Notes: generated by a model from the sequence alone, not told the origin. Positions 12,176 to 27,854 are shown, counted from the stretch's first letter. The stretch: 64,000 bases of DNA from the human T2T-CHM13v2.0 reference genome, Homo sapiens (GCF_009914755.1 NC_060926.1), one strand, 5' to 3'. Numbers and translations are program-made.

Positions 12176-15100
12176 TACAATAAACTCTGCCAGTCTCTCT
12201 GATCAGAGATGGAAAGGACTCTATTGCAGTCTTCAGCCATCCTTCACAGTGAGGAAGACCTTCCTGTTACACTCACCTGCCTTTAGTCGACCTGAGTGAT
12301 TGCATTCACATTGAATTCGATGGCTTTCCTGAGGGACCCAGGCAACCTATACTGAGGAAGAAACTATCCATAGGAACCGGATTCCAAATGAACTAGATGC
12401 AAGTCACCAAGGCCAGAGTCAGTCCTGGGCCAGCCTTTCCAGTATGATTTCAGGACCACAGGGCAGCGCCACTGGCATTTTTGCCAAAAATCAACCATAA
12501 AAGAACCATTGTGCTTAACACCAAACACATTTAATCCAAAAGTGTGCTTCCATTTATGCATGTCACTGCTACCTCACCTTGGTCCATGGTCCAAGGTGAC
12601 TCAAATATGTATTTTATCTGGTACACCTAGCGTTTTTTTAAAAACGAATTAATTACCAAAAATTTTAAATTGGAAGATTATACCGAAATATCTGGATTTG
12701 TAAACAGTTTCCCCAAAACTAAAAATCTGGCCACACTGACCTGTATTCTGCAGTCTACCACAGGCTCCACCATCCCATCCTGTCTCTTTCTCTCACCAAC
12801 TGCTTGGCCCACCCCTCCTCTCACACCAAAATGCAAATATTCCCTAAACAGGTAACTATTGAATCTAACTAGTCACATCGCAGCATGGAGATCTTATTCT
12901 GAGAGCTGGTTAAGGGAAATTAATTGAGGTAAATTACGGAGAGAAAGCATTGCTCCGCCAGACAGCGTCAGGCCATGGCCAGAGCACAGCAGAAAAGATT
13001 TCTACAGTTCTATAAAACCACAAGACGAGAAGTTGGTGTTTAAACAGCTGTTATGAAACTAGGGTGTGTGACAGAAACATCACCTGTTTCCCAAGAGCTC
13101 ATCCTCTCACTTAATTCAGCAAACACCAAGCTTTTCTTAGCATCCTGGGCCCCCTTCCCTGCAACTCTTCTTTGGCAGTGCCTTGGGTGATAGTCAGAGG
13201 CAAAGTCTGGAGGTGATTAGATGGCTGCCGACTTAGGCTATAAGCGAGTCCAAAGGAATGGATCTGGCTTTTGATCAGGACAAAGCTACGTCCAGAGGAG
13301 AAGCTGAGTGAAGAGGAGGCACCAGTGATAAACTTGGGTTTGAGCAGCCAGGATGGAAGCACGATCTCATTCACCAAGATGGTGAGCAGCTGTGTTCTCT
13401 GAAACACAGACCACGTGAGCAAAAATTGTCTTCCCCCAATTTGGAGGCTCCTCCCGCCAAAGCAGTTTAATGGGCAGGCAGAGAGGAGGCAGAGTGAGGG
13501 AAGGTTTTATATGGAAATGTGGGAATGAATGAAAAGGCCTTACTTAAAAGGATCTATCTGATAGCCCTTGGGACAGCCTCAACCATCCCCAAATGCCTCT
13601 CTGGGGGGTGGGGAGGCATTCAGCTCTGTGGATATTTGAACTCCGACTGTTTTTGAAAGTCGCCCATGTGACAAATGTGTCAACAGAGCCCCGGATGTGC
13701 CCTCTGGGGTGGGGAGGAGGGTGGATGTGATCAAGTACATTTCAGGCTTTCAGAGAAACAGGAAATTCAGTAATCAGAGAGCAAAAAATCTATTCAATCT
13801 CTTTTAAAGCCAGTGAATAATGTAGCAGAGTCAGAATTGTCACAACCGCTGGGTGCAGCTTTGGAAAAGATGAAAGATGAGAGAATAGGAGAGGAGGAGG
13901 AGAGGCCCCTGCAGCTGGGATCACTCAGAGACACTCTCCTAACCTTCTCCTTCACCATCTGGTGGGAAGAAGGAGCCCCTGAAACTTCTCCTCGACCCCA
14001 ACACTCACCGCCTCGCCACCATCATCTGCCTTGCATCCAAAGAAGCTCATCTCATCGTGCCTTTGCCCCTATTGACATCGGTCCTAAGAGCTGCTTGGTT
14101 CCCAGCTCACCTAATCTCAGCCCACGAATCCCCAGGAGGCTACGTATTTTCCCTATCCCGGGGCTTTCTTCCACCCTCCCCAACTCCTGAAACTCATCCT
14201 CCATGCCCTCTGGAGTCCACGATCCATGATTAGCAAAATCTGTTTTATCCTCAATCTATTCTCTCAACATCTGCCTCACTTCTTTCCCTAAGGGGCACCT
14301 GATTGTCCCCTGAGCTCACTGCTTTTTCCAACACCTTCTCAAGCAGGGGCTATTTTGTTCTCTCACAGGCTTCTCACTGAGAGGTGACATAGGTGTCCTT
14401 CTTACTCCTCATGGTCACTTTCAGAAATATCTCCCTCCTCCTCTGCAAACCCTTGCACCCCACATTGAATTTTATATCTTCAGATTACATAAATCACTAC
14501 TGTCTTATCCTGATGCCCAGAGGTCATTTTTCAATTATTTTAGGGCCTGGCTAACTGTTTCTCTAATATGTACTGTCTTAATGCTTGGTGATTACAATGT
14601 ACGCGTAGATAACCCTTTCAACACCTGAGCCTCTCAGTGCCTTGAACTTCTTTCCTCCAATGATCTTTCCTCTACTCAACCCATAATTGTGATTACTTAC
14701 AACTGCAACCTCTCCATAATCTCAGTTTCATGCATTCCACTCTCTGACTGCAACCTCCTATCTTTCCAGTTCATCTCACACATCCCAGCCATCCTTTGAC
14801 CCCATCCGAGCCATACACTGTTGCCTACCCTGTGATGTTCCTACTCCCCTACTGACCGTGTCAATTTCATGGTTCAGCCGTTATCATCATTGCCCCTTCT
14901 GTACACCTTCAGCTCTTTGCTTCTCTTTTCCTTTGTCACATTCACCTAGCCTGAGGCAGACTTAGTCAAATCCAACTCTGCACCTACTTCATACCTCCAC
15001 ATCTGCTGCTGAACATGGCTGGAGAACAACACACAGCCACACTGCTTGATTCACTTTAAATTCATGATGATGAAACTCCATGGGCCCTTAATGCTGATCA

Positions 15101-16458
15101 GGTCATCTTCCCTGATGCATTCATTCACTTTTCCTCCTAGACAGCAGTTTCATACCTTCTTTTCTCTTCTCAAACCCTTAGCATTTCCTTCCCACCCTTA
15201 CTTTCAGCTGATAATTGTATTCTTTCTCCACTGGGAAAATAGAAGCAACCAGGAAAGAACTCTACAGATTCCCACTACCACATTTATCCCCTGACCAGAA
15301 GTTGCATCTTCACACTTTCCACCTATTACCTGCCCATCAAAGCACATTCCTCGACTTGTGCACACAATCCTGCCCCTTTCACCTACTCAAGGACATTACT
15401 CCAGCAATGCTTCCCTTTCTCTCTTCCACCAAATTCTCTCTCTCTCTGTCTCTGTCTCTACTGGATCCTTTCCATCAGTACACAAGCATGCTATTATTTC
15501 TCATATCTTAAAAAACAACAAAGTCTTTTAATGACTACTTCCATCAGCAGTGTCTGCCCTATTTACTCCTCTTTAGAGCAAAAAAGAATCATTTATACTT
15601 GCTATGTCCAATTCCTCTCCTCCAGTTCTCTCTCAAATCAACTTCAAATCAGGCTTACGTCCCCATTAGCCTACAGAGATTGTTCCTGTCAAAGTTATCA
15701 TGACTTTCATGTTACTAAATACAAGGGTCAATTCTCAGCTCTCATCTTATTGATTAATAGCATCTGATATAACTGACCACTTCCTCTTCCTTGATACAGT
15801 CTCTTCACTGAGGTTCACCCCAGGGCATCTTACTCGCTTGGTTTTTTCCTGGTACCTCACTCCTTCAAACCTTCTTCGTCTTTTTTCTTCATTCCTCCTC
15901 TTTTCCCTGACCCCTAAATGTTGAAATGCCCAGGGCTCAGACCTCAGTTCTCTGCTTTTCCTTATCCACCTCTTTCGATGGTCTCATACAAATATTAATA
16001 CATGATTTCCAATACTATCAATATTCCCATGACCCCTACATTTATATCTCTAGCCCCAGATCTCTTCCCTCAACCCTGGACTCACGTATCCAACTGTCTG
16101 CTGCACATCTCCAAATTCAACATGTCCAAAACTGAACTCTTGATCTGCTCCCCCAAACTTGACCTACCCACAGCCTTCCCATCACAACTGATGGCAACTC
16201 TATTCTTCCAGTTGCTTAGGCCAGAAACTTAGAGTCATCCCTGTCACCTGTCGTCCTTTCACACACACATCAGATCTGGCATCTGGCAACTATTAATACG
16301 ACCTTCAAAATACATCCAGAATCCAACCACTTCTTGCCTCCTTTATTGCCTCCATCTAGTTGAAGCCGCCATCATCTCTCACCTAGTAGATTCTCGCCTG
16401 AATCTACTCTTGCTCTCAACACAGCAGCCACAGTGATCCCTTTTGAATGCACCCGAGA

Positions 16459-16774
<316 letters not shown>

Positions 16775-16875
16775 TCATATCCCTTCTCTAATCAAAATTC
16801 TTCAGTATCGCTGCCCCCCATTTCTCTTAAGGTAACACTTCAATAACTCCCATTTCTCTCAAAACTAAAGTCCTA

Positions 16876-17130
<255 letters not shown>

Positions 17131-18979
17131 CTAAAAAAAGAGTTTACAAAGCCAAAATTGTTCTACATTATCTGCCTACTGCACCTCTCTATCTTCTTCT
17201 CTGACACTCTTCCTCACTCATTTTAGTCTCCTTGTTGTTCCTTAAACACATTAGGCATGCACTTACCTTTGTGTCCTTGCTCTAGCTGTAACCTCTACCT
17301 GAATACACCTGCCCCAGATATCTACTTGATGAACTTTCTCATTCCTGCAATGTTCAAATCTCACCCTCTCAATGAGGCCCACCCTGACCACCCACCCTTC
17401 CCCCTACTCCCTGACACTCCTGATCACCCTTAACCTGTATAATCTTGTTCTTTTTTGTCCTCATGGACAAAAGTCTAACATACTTTGTAATTTATATATT
17501 TGTTATGTGTATTGCTGATTATCTTTCTCCCCCCTCCCTGCAGGGATCTTTATCTATTTTGTTCACAAACCTATCCTAAATGACCAGAACAGTGTCTGGC
17601 GCATCATAGGCAGATAATAAAAACTTTTTGAATGAGTGAAAAGAATCCAGTCAGAGTGAGTTATTTCTTCAGTCATGGGAAGTGGCTGGGACAAGGGCAA
17701 AGGCGAAAACAGAACTAGAAAGAGCAACTAGAACCGATAATAAATGCATGGTTAGGGAGTAAAGTTAGGCAGAATTGAAATGAACAACCGAATCAGGTAT
17801 GTATAATTAACCTGAGGGAAAGAGAGAGCGAGAGAGAGATGAGATGAGATTTCCCATATGGTAGGTAATACAGCGACTTTATTTAGCACATATAAGGTAG
17901 ATAAAGGCCTGGGTGAGTGACACTGGCTTACCCAGTTCCCATCACAGACAGTTGCTTTTTAGCTTCTCTACCAGCCTTTGGTGAGCTAATGACACAGTTC
18001 AACAGAGAGGCACCGGAGAGAACAAAGTCTAAAGAGGAAGACCCCAACAGTGAGTTCTTTGAAAAAGAAACTGCTCTCTTCTCCTATTTCCCCCAAATGC
18101 CTTCTCAGTAGAAGATTCTGCAGTAGCAGATATTTTGGGCAGCCCCCAGGCCCATTTCATCGGAGCCCTGTGATCACTGGACGCACATGAGTTAACAGTG
18201 CTGCTTGCCTGGCTCCCAGCATAGCACTGTAACACCGGCCTGCCTTCCTTTCTCACAGGGATTGCAGCCTCCAGGCTGACTGCCAACATATCTTTCTTCC
18301 AAGATGCCAATGCTGTGCAAGGAGCCTCTGCACTCAGCACAAACCGAGTTAAAGGAGCTCCTAAAGCCCCCTAGACATTTTGGTTACAGACCTGCAGTGT
18401 TAGCTGTGTTGCTGCCCCGAGGGCTTGAGGCCAGAGCAGGGTCTGGGCCAGGAGGCCTTACTCGTCCTAGGGAAATAGAATCCCAGAGCCTTTTCAGTCT
18501 GGAGGCTTCACCTCACAACACACCCAACCAGCCCCAGGCATCTCTTAGTTGCCACAGGACTCCTGGCAGAAGTTCCAGCAGGTCCCTCTTGACTAGACCC
18601 CAGCTCATAAGAAGGACTCAAACCAAATCGCACTGCCTTTTGCCAAAACGGACTCAAACCAAATCAGCTATGCTTTTCATTTACGGTGTGCCTTTTCATT
18701 TAAAGCTGTGCCTTTCATTTCATGTAAGGAATATACGTGCATCACTGGCGATCACCTAGGGCTGAGAGAGCAGCCAATAAGCCTTGAAGTGGGGTAAGCC
18801 CGTATCATTTTCTCCATAAAATGGATAAGTTCGTTCATGAGAAAGGCATTCGTATTTGTGCAAACCAGGCATGACAGAGAGCCCTATGTGGTTCAGTGCA
18901 AGCAAAAAACACAGTAAAAGAAACAGCAGTCCTGCAGAAAAAATGTAATTTAAATCCATTAAGATATTTACCCAGTCTC

Positions 18980-19416
<437 letters not shown>

Positions 19417-19575
19417 TTACCCAGTTTCAAGAGAAAAAAGTCAAAGGGGTAAGAGTATTCTTCATACACAGTCTAACATCTCTTTCTTCCACTCACAGTT
19501 GTCTTATTTTGTTCCTCTTCACTCTCCCAAAACTTAGCCCATGTTCCCCAGCTCCCCTCTGCACCTGCATCTGCC

Positions 19576-19640
19576 ACACACGTACATACATACACACACT
19601 TCACATACATGCACGCATATATACAAACACACACACATAT

Positions 19641-19675
<35 letters not shown>

Positions 19676-19680
19676 CTCTC
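19576..19680. repeat. Compound (CA)n/(CATA)n/(CT)n microsatellite
   Basis: Read directly. Confidence 0.9.
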
Positions 19681-20527
19681 CAGCCCTTGATGCTTTCCCC
19701 CTCTCTCTTCCTCCTGGACCTTTTCTTTGCTCCATTCCCAACACACAGGTCCCTGGTCTGTCTCTGGCTCCTTCCAAGCCTTGGCTCTTCTTAGGTATTA
19801 TCCCCAGCAGCACAGCAGCAGACCAGCTGACCTGGACTATTTCTTAGGCAGTAGTCAGGTAAGCTGTACCTACTCATATGGAGATATTGTTTGATCCTGA
19901 GCCTCTCCTGATGTCTCTTTTTAGCCCCCAGGGGGAGGTTTTAATATCCACATCCACCAGCATCTTCTCCCTAGGGGAGAAGGGAGTGAGATGGGGAGAA
20001 GAAAGTGAGAGGAATCGAAACATGTCTAAGGAAACTAAGAGGCAGAGGTTATTTCGATCTGCTCTTTATAATCATCTCAGATGCCTGCCCTGGGCAATGT
20101 CTAGGTTATTACTGAATTCTGGGGACACTCCCATATTAGCCCAATGACTAATCAAAAAAAGCAAGCTGACCATAGTCAACTAGAGGGTAAGGAACCAAGT
20201 GAAAATAGAGAGAGTTCTCCGGACCTCTGAATCTGGGTACAATCATTCAGTATGAAGATAGGAGCTAGGAGAAGAGAGAAAACATGGAATTGTATTTTGA
20301 TTGACTTTTTTCTGATTACAAAAGTCATATATGTTCAATGTAGAAAACCAGGAAGATACTGAAAAATACAAGAAGGTGTTAAAAAAAAAAAACACTTATG
20401 ACCCCACCACCTAGATTTAATCAAGATTAACATGTTAGTTTACCTTTCCAGTGTGGTTTTCAATGCATATTCTTTTTAAAATCAAGTTAGAAACAGAGTG
20501 TATATGCTATTTTAGAAATTCTTTCTC

Positions 20528-20842
20528 AGCTGGGCGTGGTGGCTCATGCCTGTAATCCCAGCACTTTAGGAGGCCAAGGCAGGTGGATCACCTGAGGTCA
20601 GGAGTTCAAGACCAGCCTGGCCAACATGGTGAAACCCCATCTCTACCAAAAATACAAAAATTAGCTGGGCATGATGGCACACACCTGTAAATCTCAGCTA
20701 TTCTGGAGGCTGAGGCAGGAGAATTGCTTGAACTTGAGAGGTGGAGGTTGCAGTGAGCCAAGATCGCACCACTGCACTCCACTCCAGCCTGGGCAACAGA
20801 GAGAGACTCTGTCTCAAAAAATAAAAAAGAAAGAAAAGAAAG
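20528..20842 (+). mobile_element. AluSx-like within an old L1M fragment
   Basis: TSD AGAAATTCTTTCTCA on both sides. Confidence 0.93.
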
Positions 20843-21387
20843 AAATTCTTTCTCATACATTACATCATAAATCTTTTCCCAAATCATTAAATATTCTTCT
20901 GCAATATGATTTGTTAAAGCTATATATGATTTTGTGCAATAGATATGCTATAATAGGCTTACCCAATTTTATATGGAAGAGCACTTACGCTGTTTCCAGG
21001 CATAGAATTCTAAATATGGCAAGGTTATCTGCACAACTCCTGTTTTCAGGCATGCTGACCTCCATTCCTTACAAGCAGATAATGATCCCTTTAAAGTTCT
21101 CTGCTCAAGAGAACCGTGCCATAGCAGAAGTAATTCTTCCCCAAGCGTTCAGCTGTCCTGTGTTCTCCAGGGAAAGCCTAGCATTGGGCGTTGGGCATGC
21201 TTGCCTCTAAATGGGAAGGCCAGTTCATTCTTAAGCAGATGGAGAGAAAGCATTTGTCATTCTAAATCCGGGAAGTAGCTCAATTCAATTCAATTGCATA
21301 ATTCTTAAAAACATATTTTGCGCCACTCCTGAAAATGGTATTATAGAAGAAAAGTATGGTTTCTACCTTTAAGAAGATTGCTGACCG

Positions 21388-21695
21388 GGCTGGGCGCAGT
21401 GGCTCATGCCTGTAATCCCAGAACTTTGGGAGGCCGAGGCAGGCAGATCCCCTGAGGTCAGGAGTTAGAGGCTAGCCCGACCAACATGGCAAAACCCCGT
21501 CTCTACTAAAAATATAAAAATTAGCTGGGCATGGTGGTGCATGCCTGTAGCCCCAGCTACTCAGGAGACTCAGGCATGAAAATCGCTTGAACCCGAGACA
21601 CGGAGGTGGTGGTGAGCTGAAATTGCGCCACTGCATTCCAGCCTGGGCGACAGAGCAAGACTCTATCTCAAAAAAAAAAAAAAAAAGAAGAAGAA
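21388..21695 (+). mobile_element. AluS
   Basis: Full dimer, A-tail grading into (GAA)n; TSD AAGAAGATTGCTG. Confidence 0.93.
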
Positions 21696-21705
21696 GAAGA
21701 TTGCT

Positions 21706-21870
21706 GGCGGGGTGTTGTGGCTCATACTTGTAATCCTAGCACTTTGGGAGGCCAAGGAAGGAGGATCACTTGAGCCAAAGAACTCAAGGCTGCAGTGAGC
21801 TGTGATCACACCACTCCATGCCAGCCTGGGTGACAGAGTGAAACCCTGTCTCAAAAAGAAAAAAGAAAAG
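21706..21870 (+). mobile_element. Alu monomer (FRAM/FAM-like)
   Basis: Single ~165-bp Alu arm with A-rich tail. Confidence 0.8.
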
Positions 21871-23015
21871 ATTGCCATCTTCCTGGGGTGACAAACATAA
21901 TTTTAAAAGAATCAGGTAGAAACATAGGACTGTATTTATGATGAAACAACTATGACTAAATGCTATGTTTTTCAGATTACACGTGCCTTAGGAAGTGAGA
22001 AAAGTATAAGTGCAATGTGGAATTGGGTGGTTGAGAAAACTCCAGAGAGGACCTGGTAGAGCTTGGAGGCAAGGTGGGCAAGGAACATTTCAAGAGGAGG
22101 GGACACTACAGCTGAGGCACAGAGGTGAGAAAGCACAGGAAGCAAGAAAGAGGCTCATCTGGCTGCAGCAGAGGGAGAAATAGTAAATTAGATCAGATAA
22201 CTCATATATTGGGCACGTGTGCAGAGGGCCAAAAAGATGTTTGGCCTTAATTCTATAGGTATTCCCCTTTGCCATAGATGTTACACCAAGAAAGAACACA
22301 TTGAATCAAGCAACTTTAAGCTGGGTTTTTGTTTTTGTTTTTTGGTGGTGGGGGGGATGATTTATAAGCAGGACTTCCCAAAGCTTTTAATATGCTTATA
22401 TATGTGGCAGTGTTGAGAGGGGAAGATTTGATATTCCAAGTATTTTTGGCCACAGAACTCTTTTTATCATGGAACATTTCCAGTGTTCCATGAGACACAA
22501 TTAGGGGCTAGTGAGCCACTGACTTTTGAGTTGGAAAGTGACACATGGGGAAAGCAAAGTTTTGGAAGATTGATCTCACGGTAGAATATAAGGTGAACAG
22601 GAGAGAAAAGAGCCTGGATTCAGGCAACACAATCAGATGATTGGATACAGGCTCAAGATTAGGGGGTGGGTTGCACTACACTGGAGCGGAGAATGGAGAG
22701 CAAAAGCACTGATTGAATGCACAGTCTTCTGTTGGATCCTGGGATGATACAGAAGTGTCAGAGTTCCTGGGTCTTGTAGGAGTTCCAATGAGCATCAATC
22801 AAAAGTTTGATTGTAAGGCACAGAAATCAACTTGGACCAGCTAAAGCAAAAAGACCATTTTTAGGGAAATAGGGATGTGTCACAAAGAACTGCATCTAGG
22901 TACTGGAAATCAACAAAAAGTTCCCCATCTGATCTCAGCTTCTCTGTGTGTCTACTACATACACTATCTTTCTCCTCTTTTCTTTCCTCTCTACCCCCTA
23001 CCTCCCTCCTCTCTC

Positions 23016-23344
23016 TTTTTTTTTTTTTTGTTTTTTGGTTTTTTTATGTTTGTTTGTTTGTTTTTGGAGACACGGTCTCCCTCTGTCACCCAGGCTGGAG
23101 TGCAGTGGCTTAATTACTGCAGCCTCAATCTCCTGGGCTCAAGTGACCCTCCCACCTCAGCCTCCTGAATAGCTGGGACCACAGGTGCAAGCCACAGTGC
23201 TCAGCTAATTAAAAAAAATTTTTTTTTCAGAGATGGGGTCTCACTATGTTGTCCAGGCTGGTCTCAAACTCCTAGGCTCAAGCAGTCCTCCCGTTTCAGC
23301 CTCAAAAAGTGCTGGGATTACAGGTGTGAGCCATCGCACTCCAC
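23016..23344 (-). mobile_element. AluJ within old MaLR LTR fragments
   Basis: Antisense dimer with J-type CTCCTGGGCTCAAGTG. Confidence 0.9.
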
Positions 23345-23774
23345 TTTCTCTATAGTTACTGAGTTTGCGTGTTACACTGAGTTTACATCTTACATTTCTA
23401 GCCATATCAGAAACGACCTCTGCACCTCTCTTTCCCAATTTGAGATTTCTAATAGAAAGAATCTTGTTCACCCAGCTTGGGACTCATTGAGTTATGACCA
23501 GTGGGATAGATTTTAGAAGATAAACATGTCTATAGGGACTTACCGTGTGAATTAGTGGGGGAGCCGCTTACCAGGCAGAGGGGTCTGCTGTAAAGTGATA
23601 CTGTGACTTTAAATTGAAAGTAAGCTTCTAGAAGAGTTGAAGAGGAGTGGATTATTGTTGAATGGATGTATAACTAATGAAGCTTTAAAGGAAGTTTATT
23701 AGAAAGTCCATGTCCTTGTCTCTTTCCCAAACTCCTTTAGTTCCCAAGTCCTGAAAGAATCTATGGATAAGGGA

Positions 23775-23970
23775 AGCAGAATACTATAGTGGTTAAGAGC
23801 ACATGCTCGAGGTTAAACTGTCTGTATTTTGGATCCTGGCCTTGAGGACTTGGGCAAGTTACGTGACCTGCCTGAGCCTCAGTTTCCTCACCTGTAATAT
23901 GGGTATCACGAGGAATAAATAAGGTAATATGTGTAAAGTGCTTGGCACAATGCTCTTGATAATGTTAGCA
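23775..23970 (+). mobile_element. MIR
   Basis: TAGTGGTTAAGAGCAC...TTGGGCAAGTTAC...GAGCCTCAGTTTCCTCACCTGTAA. Confidence 0.8.
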
Positions 23971-25669
23971 ACATAATTTTGTAATGAAAATTAACTGATG
24001 GGACTGAAATGTGCATCAGCAGATCCAAATATCCTTGATAAACTGGCCAAAAGAAAGATGAATTGGCAGAGAGGCAAGTGTTCATCTCAGTTCTCCAGAT
24101 ATCCCTGCAAATGTGGCCTCTGGAGTAGAAGATTTAGGGAGAAAAATAAGCCATGAAGCTCTTCTGGCACCAACATGAACTTCAGGGATCATGGGACATT
24201 TGGGCCAGTAACATTCCTCTTTGTTCCTAGAGATTTAATATCTACCTACCAACTAAATGGCCTTGATTTGGAGGAGAGAAGACAAGAAGAGGAATTGCTT
24301 TCAGCTGGTCCTTGCCTTTAACTAACCAGGGGTACAAAAATTTTAAAACACAAAGGAGACCATGTGTAAAACATTAGTTAAGCTCAGATATAAATCTAGT
24401 CTTTGACCAGTCCAGAGCTAATCAATATGCTTTTCTACTCTCTTTGAACTTTTGAGTTTTCTGGCAACAACAAAAATCCCAAACCTCATCCAAAACCGTA
24501 GTCCAGACAGCCCAGTTTCTGCACTCCCTTCCTTGTGTCACATATTGTTGACAGAACTACTCCCGTTACCACATTCATTCCAGTGGTGATTCAAATTCTT
24601 CTGCAGAAATGGACTTGAAAGACAGAAAACTGCTCCTGTAATCACTTAATAAGGAATCTTGGATGAGGAATACAGAGCTATGAATATGGATTTACTCTTA
24701 GCCTTTATGGATGCCTTTTTCTCAGTTATTTTCACTGAAAATCATGATGAACTGATTTAAATATCAAGGTAAACTGAGATGGAAAATTACCGATAATAAG
24801 AGTTTTCTGAAAATATAGATTGGCCTCTTTAAAGCACATCGAGTTTGTTTTGTTTAAATTACAAATTCACATATATTTGAAATGTGTTTAAATGTGTCAG
24901 TTTTAGGCAAAACTAAACTATTTGATTCCTTTCCAAAAATCAGGAATTTGCTTTGGAAAAAAACCATGCAGTTTGATTTACAAAGCAGAGCGGGGGGGAA
25001 GTAGTGGGTGAGAAAGACCCACCCAAAGGCTGCAGCCAGCTTCCCCAGGAAGATTCATAACCATGCCACAATACTGTCCTTCAATTCGTTCCAACAGATT
25101 TTACTATAACTCTAAATCATTAGAAGCAACTGCTGCTATGACTAGTGCTATCTTTGCCTCAAAAAGAGGAAAAATCAGGACATACAATATAATCCCCTCA
25201 GGATCTAGGAGAGAAATCAGCCCATTTGTCATAAGAACTGAAAACCTCAGCTAAATAGTATATGAAACATTGGTATTTCATACCTTGACATTACATATTT
25301 TTGAAAATAAAGTAAGCATACACACAAGAAGTGGCTAGATGCAGCAGTTATAAAGTGGCTTAAGTTGGGTTAACTAAATATAACCTAGAAAAACCATCTT
25401 ATCTATTGCAAATTATTTCCAGAAAAAGGTAAGAAAAATCCAACCAACACTTTTTAAACATCCTGAGCTATTCACAGCAAGTGAATCTTTACCCTTACCA
25501 GATGTATAAACATTTACATAAGGCAGGAGGTTCAACACTTGGAGAGTGTAATCAAGGCAGTAGTAACGCAGTGCTCCTCTCTTTGACTTGAATGACTTCC
25601 TCCCCATTAGGGTCATTATTGTTTTGCAGTGTCCCAGGGATGAAAGGACTTTGAAAGGTCATGTGTCTT

Positions 25670-25810
25670 GTGACCCAACTAGCAGCATCAGCATCACTGG
25701 GGAGAAACTCAAGCAGAAGCTTGAGTCTACTCCACTCTTGCTGACACCAAATCTGCATTTTTACAGGATTCTTGGGTGAGTCACACACATATTCAAGGTT
25801 AAAATATGCC
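25670..25810. mobile_element. MER5A-like DNA transposon fragment
   Basis: AGCAGCATCAGCATCACTGGGGAG...ATCTGCATTTTTACAGGATTC. Confidence 0.55.
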
Positions 25811-27446
25811 ACCCTAGGTCTTTCTCCTGCTTCTGAGCAAAACTGGGCACAAGGGACAAACTAGTTTCCTTCAGCCACTTTCAAATCCTTTATAGAGTGT
25901 ACTGTGTGAGTCACTGAGAGGAAAGAGGAAATAATACTTATTTAGGGAAGTCTTGCATAACTTAACAAAGTTAGTAACTTCTTCAATACACTCAAGTACC
26001 TATTTTTGGAAGCCCTACAGGTTAGGTCAAAGTAAAGAGAAGCAAAAAATGGAGTGAGTTCTAGTAAAAAACTCTGACAAAATAAGGGAAGTGTAGAAGC
26101 TGAGTCTATGAGGGATGAGAGAAGCAATTTACCAAATTATCAGATCCAAAATCATCTCTGCACTGTAGATGATTTATAGCCCTGGAAGCTTAGAGGCTTG
26201 AGTCTCTTGCTGTATTTCATTTCAAATTAGTAATTTTTATCTAGGGCTTCCCTATGGCTTAAAGTGAAGGCCCTGGAATTTCTGAAGTGAAATTATCTGA
26301 TGATTTTTATGTATGGTCATTCTGTAGTTATCCTGTAAGTTTCATATTTGTAACAAGACTGGAATCCGAACAATAGAAAACTCTGTGGCAGTAAGCCAAA
26401 ACCTGATGGACTTAGGAGAGTTACGTATGTGTGTTTCAGTGGTCCTCAAATTTAGCTGCCTATTAGAATCACCTGGACTTTGAAAAAAAAAGAGCTTTCT
26501 TGAGGTATAACTGACAAATAATAAGACAAACATATTTCAGTATACAATTGGATGAGTTTTGACATGTTATATTCTTGTGAAACCATCGCCACAATCAAGC
26601 TATTCACCCCCCAAATTTTCGTGCCCCTTTGTTGTCCCACCCTTCTTTCTGCAACCACTGATCTGCTTTCTATCACTATGGATTAATTTGTATTTTCTAG
26701 AAGCTTAAATAAGTGAAACCATATGGTGTGCATGTTTTGCAGGGAGAGGGCAGGGGGAGCTGGTTTCTTTCACTCGGTGTAATTGTTCTGAGAGTCATCC
26801 GTGTTTGCATGTGTTAATAGTTTATTCTTTTTATCGGTAAGTAGTATCCCATTGTGTGGATGTACCACATGTTGTCTAACCATTCACAACTAAAGGATAC
26901 TTGGGTTGTTTCTCATTTGGGGCAATTGAAAATAAGCAGTATAAACTGCTATAAACAGTCATGTACAGATATAAGCATGTATGTTTCCATTTTTCAAGGT
27001 AAATACCTAGAAGTGGGTATGGTAAGTGTATGTTTAACTTGAAAAGAAACTACCAAAATGTTTCCAAAGTGGTTGTACCATTTTGCTTACCTACCAGAAA
27101 TGTGTAAGAGTTCTAGTTACTCCACATACTTCCTAGCAGTTGATATTCTCAGTTTTTTTTTTTTATTTTAACCGTTCTAATAGCTGTGTAATGGTATTCC
27201 ATTACGGTACTAATTTAAATTTCCCTAATAACTACTGAGGTTGAAAAAATCTTTCATGGGCATATTTGCCATCCTTGTATCTTCTCTGGTGACGAATCTT
27301 TCATGCCTTCTGCTTATATTTTAACCAGGGTTTTGTTTTGCTTTTTCTTAACTGTTGAGTTTTAAGAGTCTATATATACTGCAAACAACTCCTTGGTAAG
27401 ATATATGATTGGCAAATCCTTTCTCCTAATCTTTTTATTTCCTTAA

Positions 27447-27854
<408 letters not shown>

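Noticed and set aside
18614-18665. Repeat-spacer-repeat patterns (also 50746-50805) as CRISPR-like arrays
   Set aside because: Only two short repeats, no cas genes, primate DNA.
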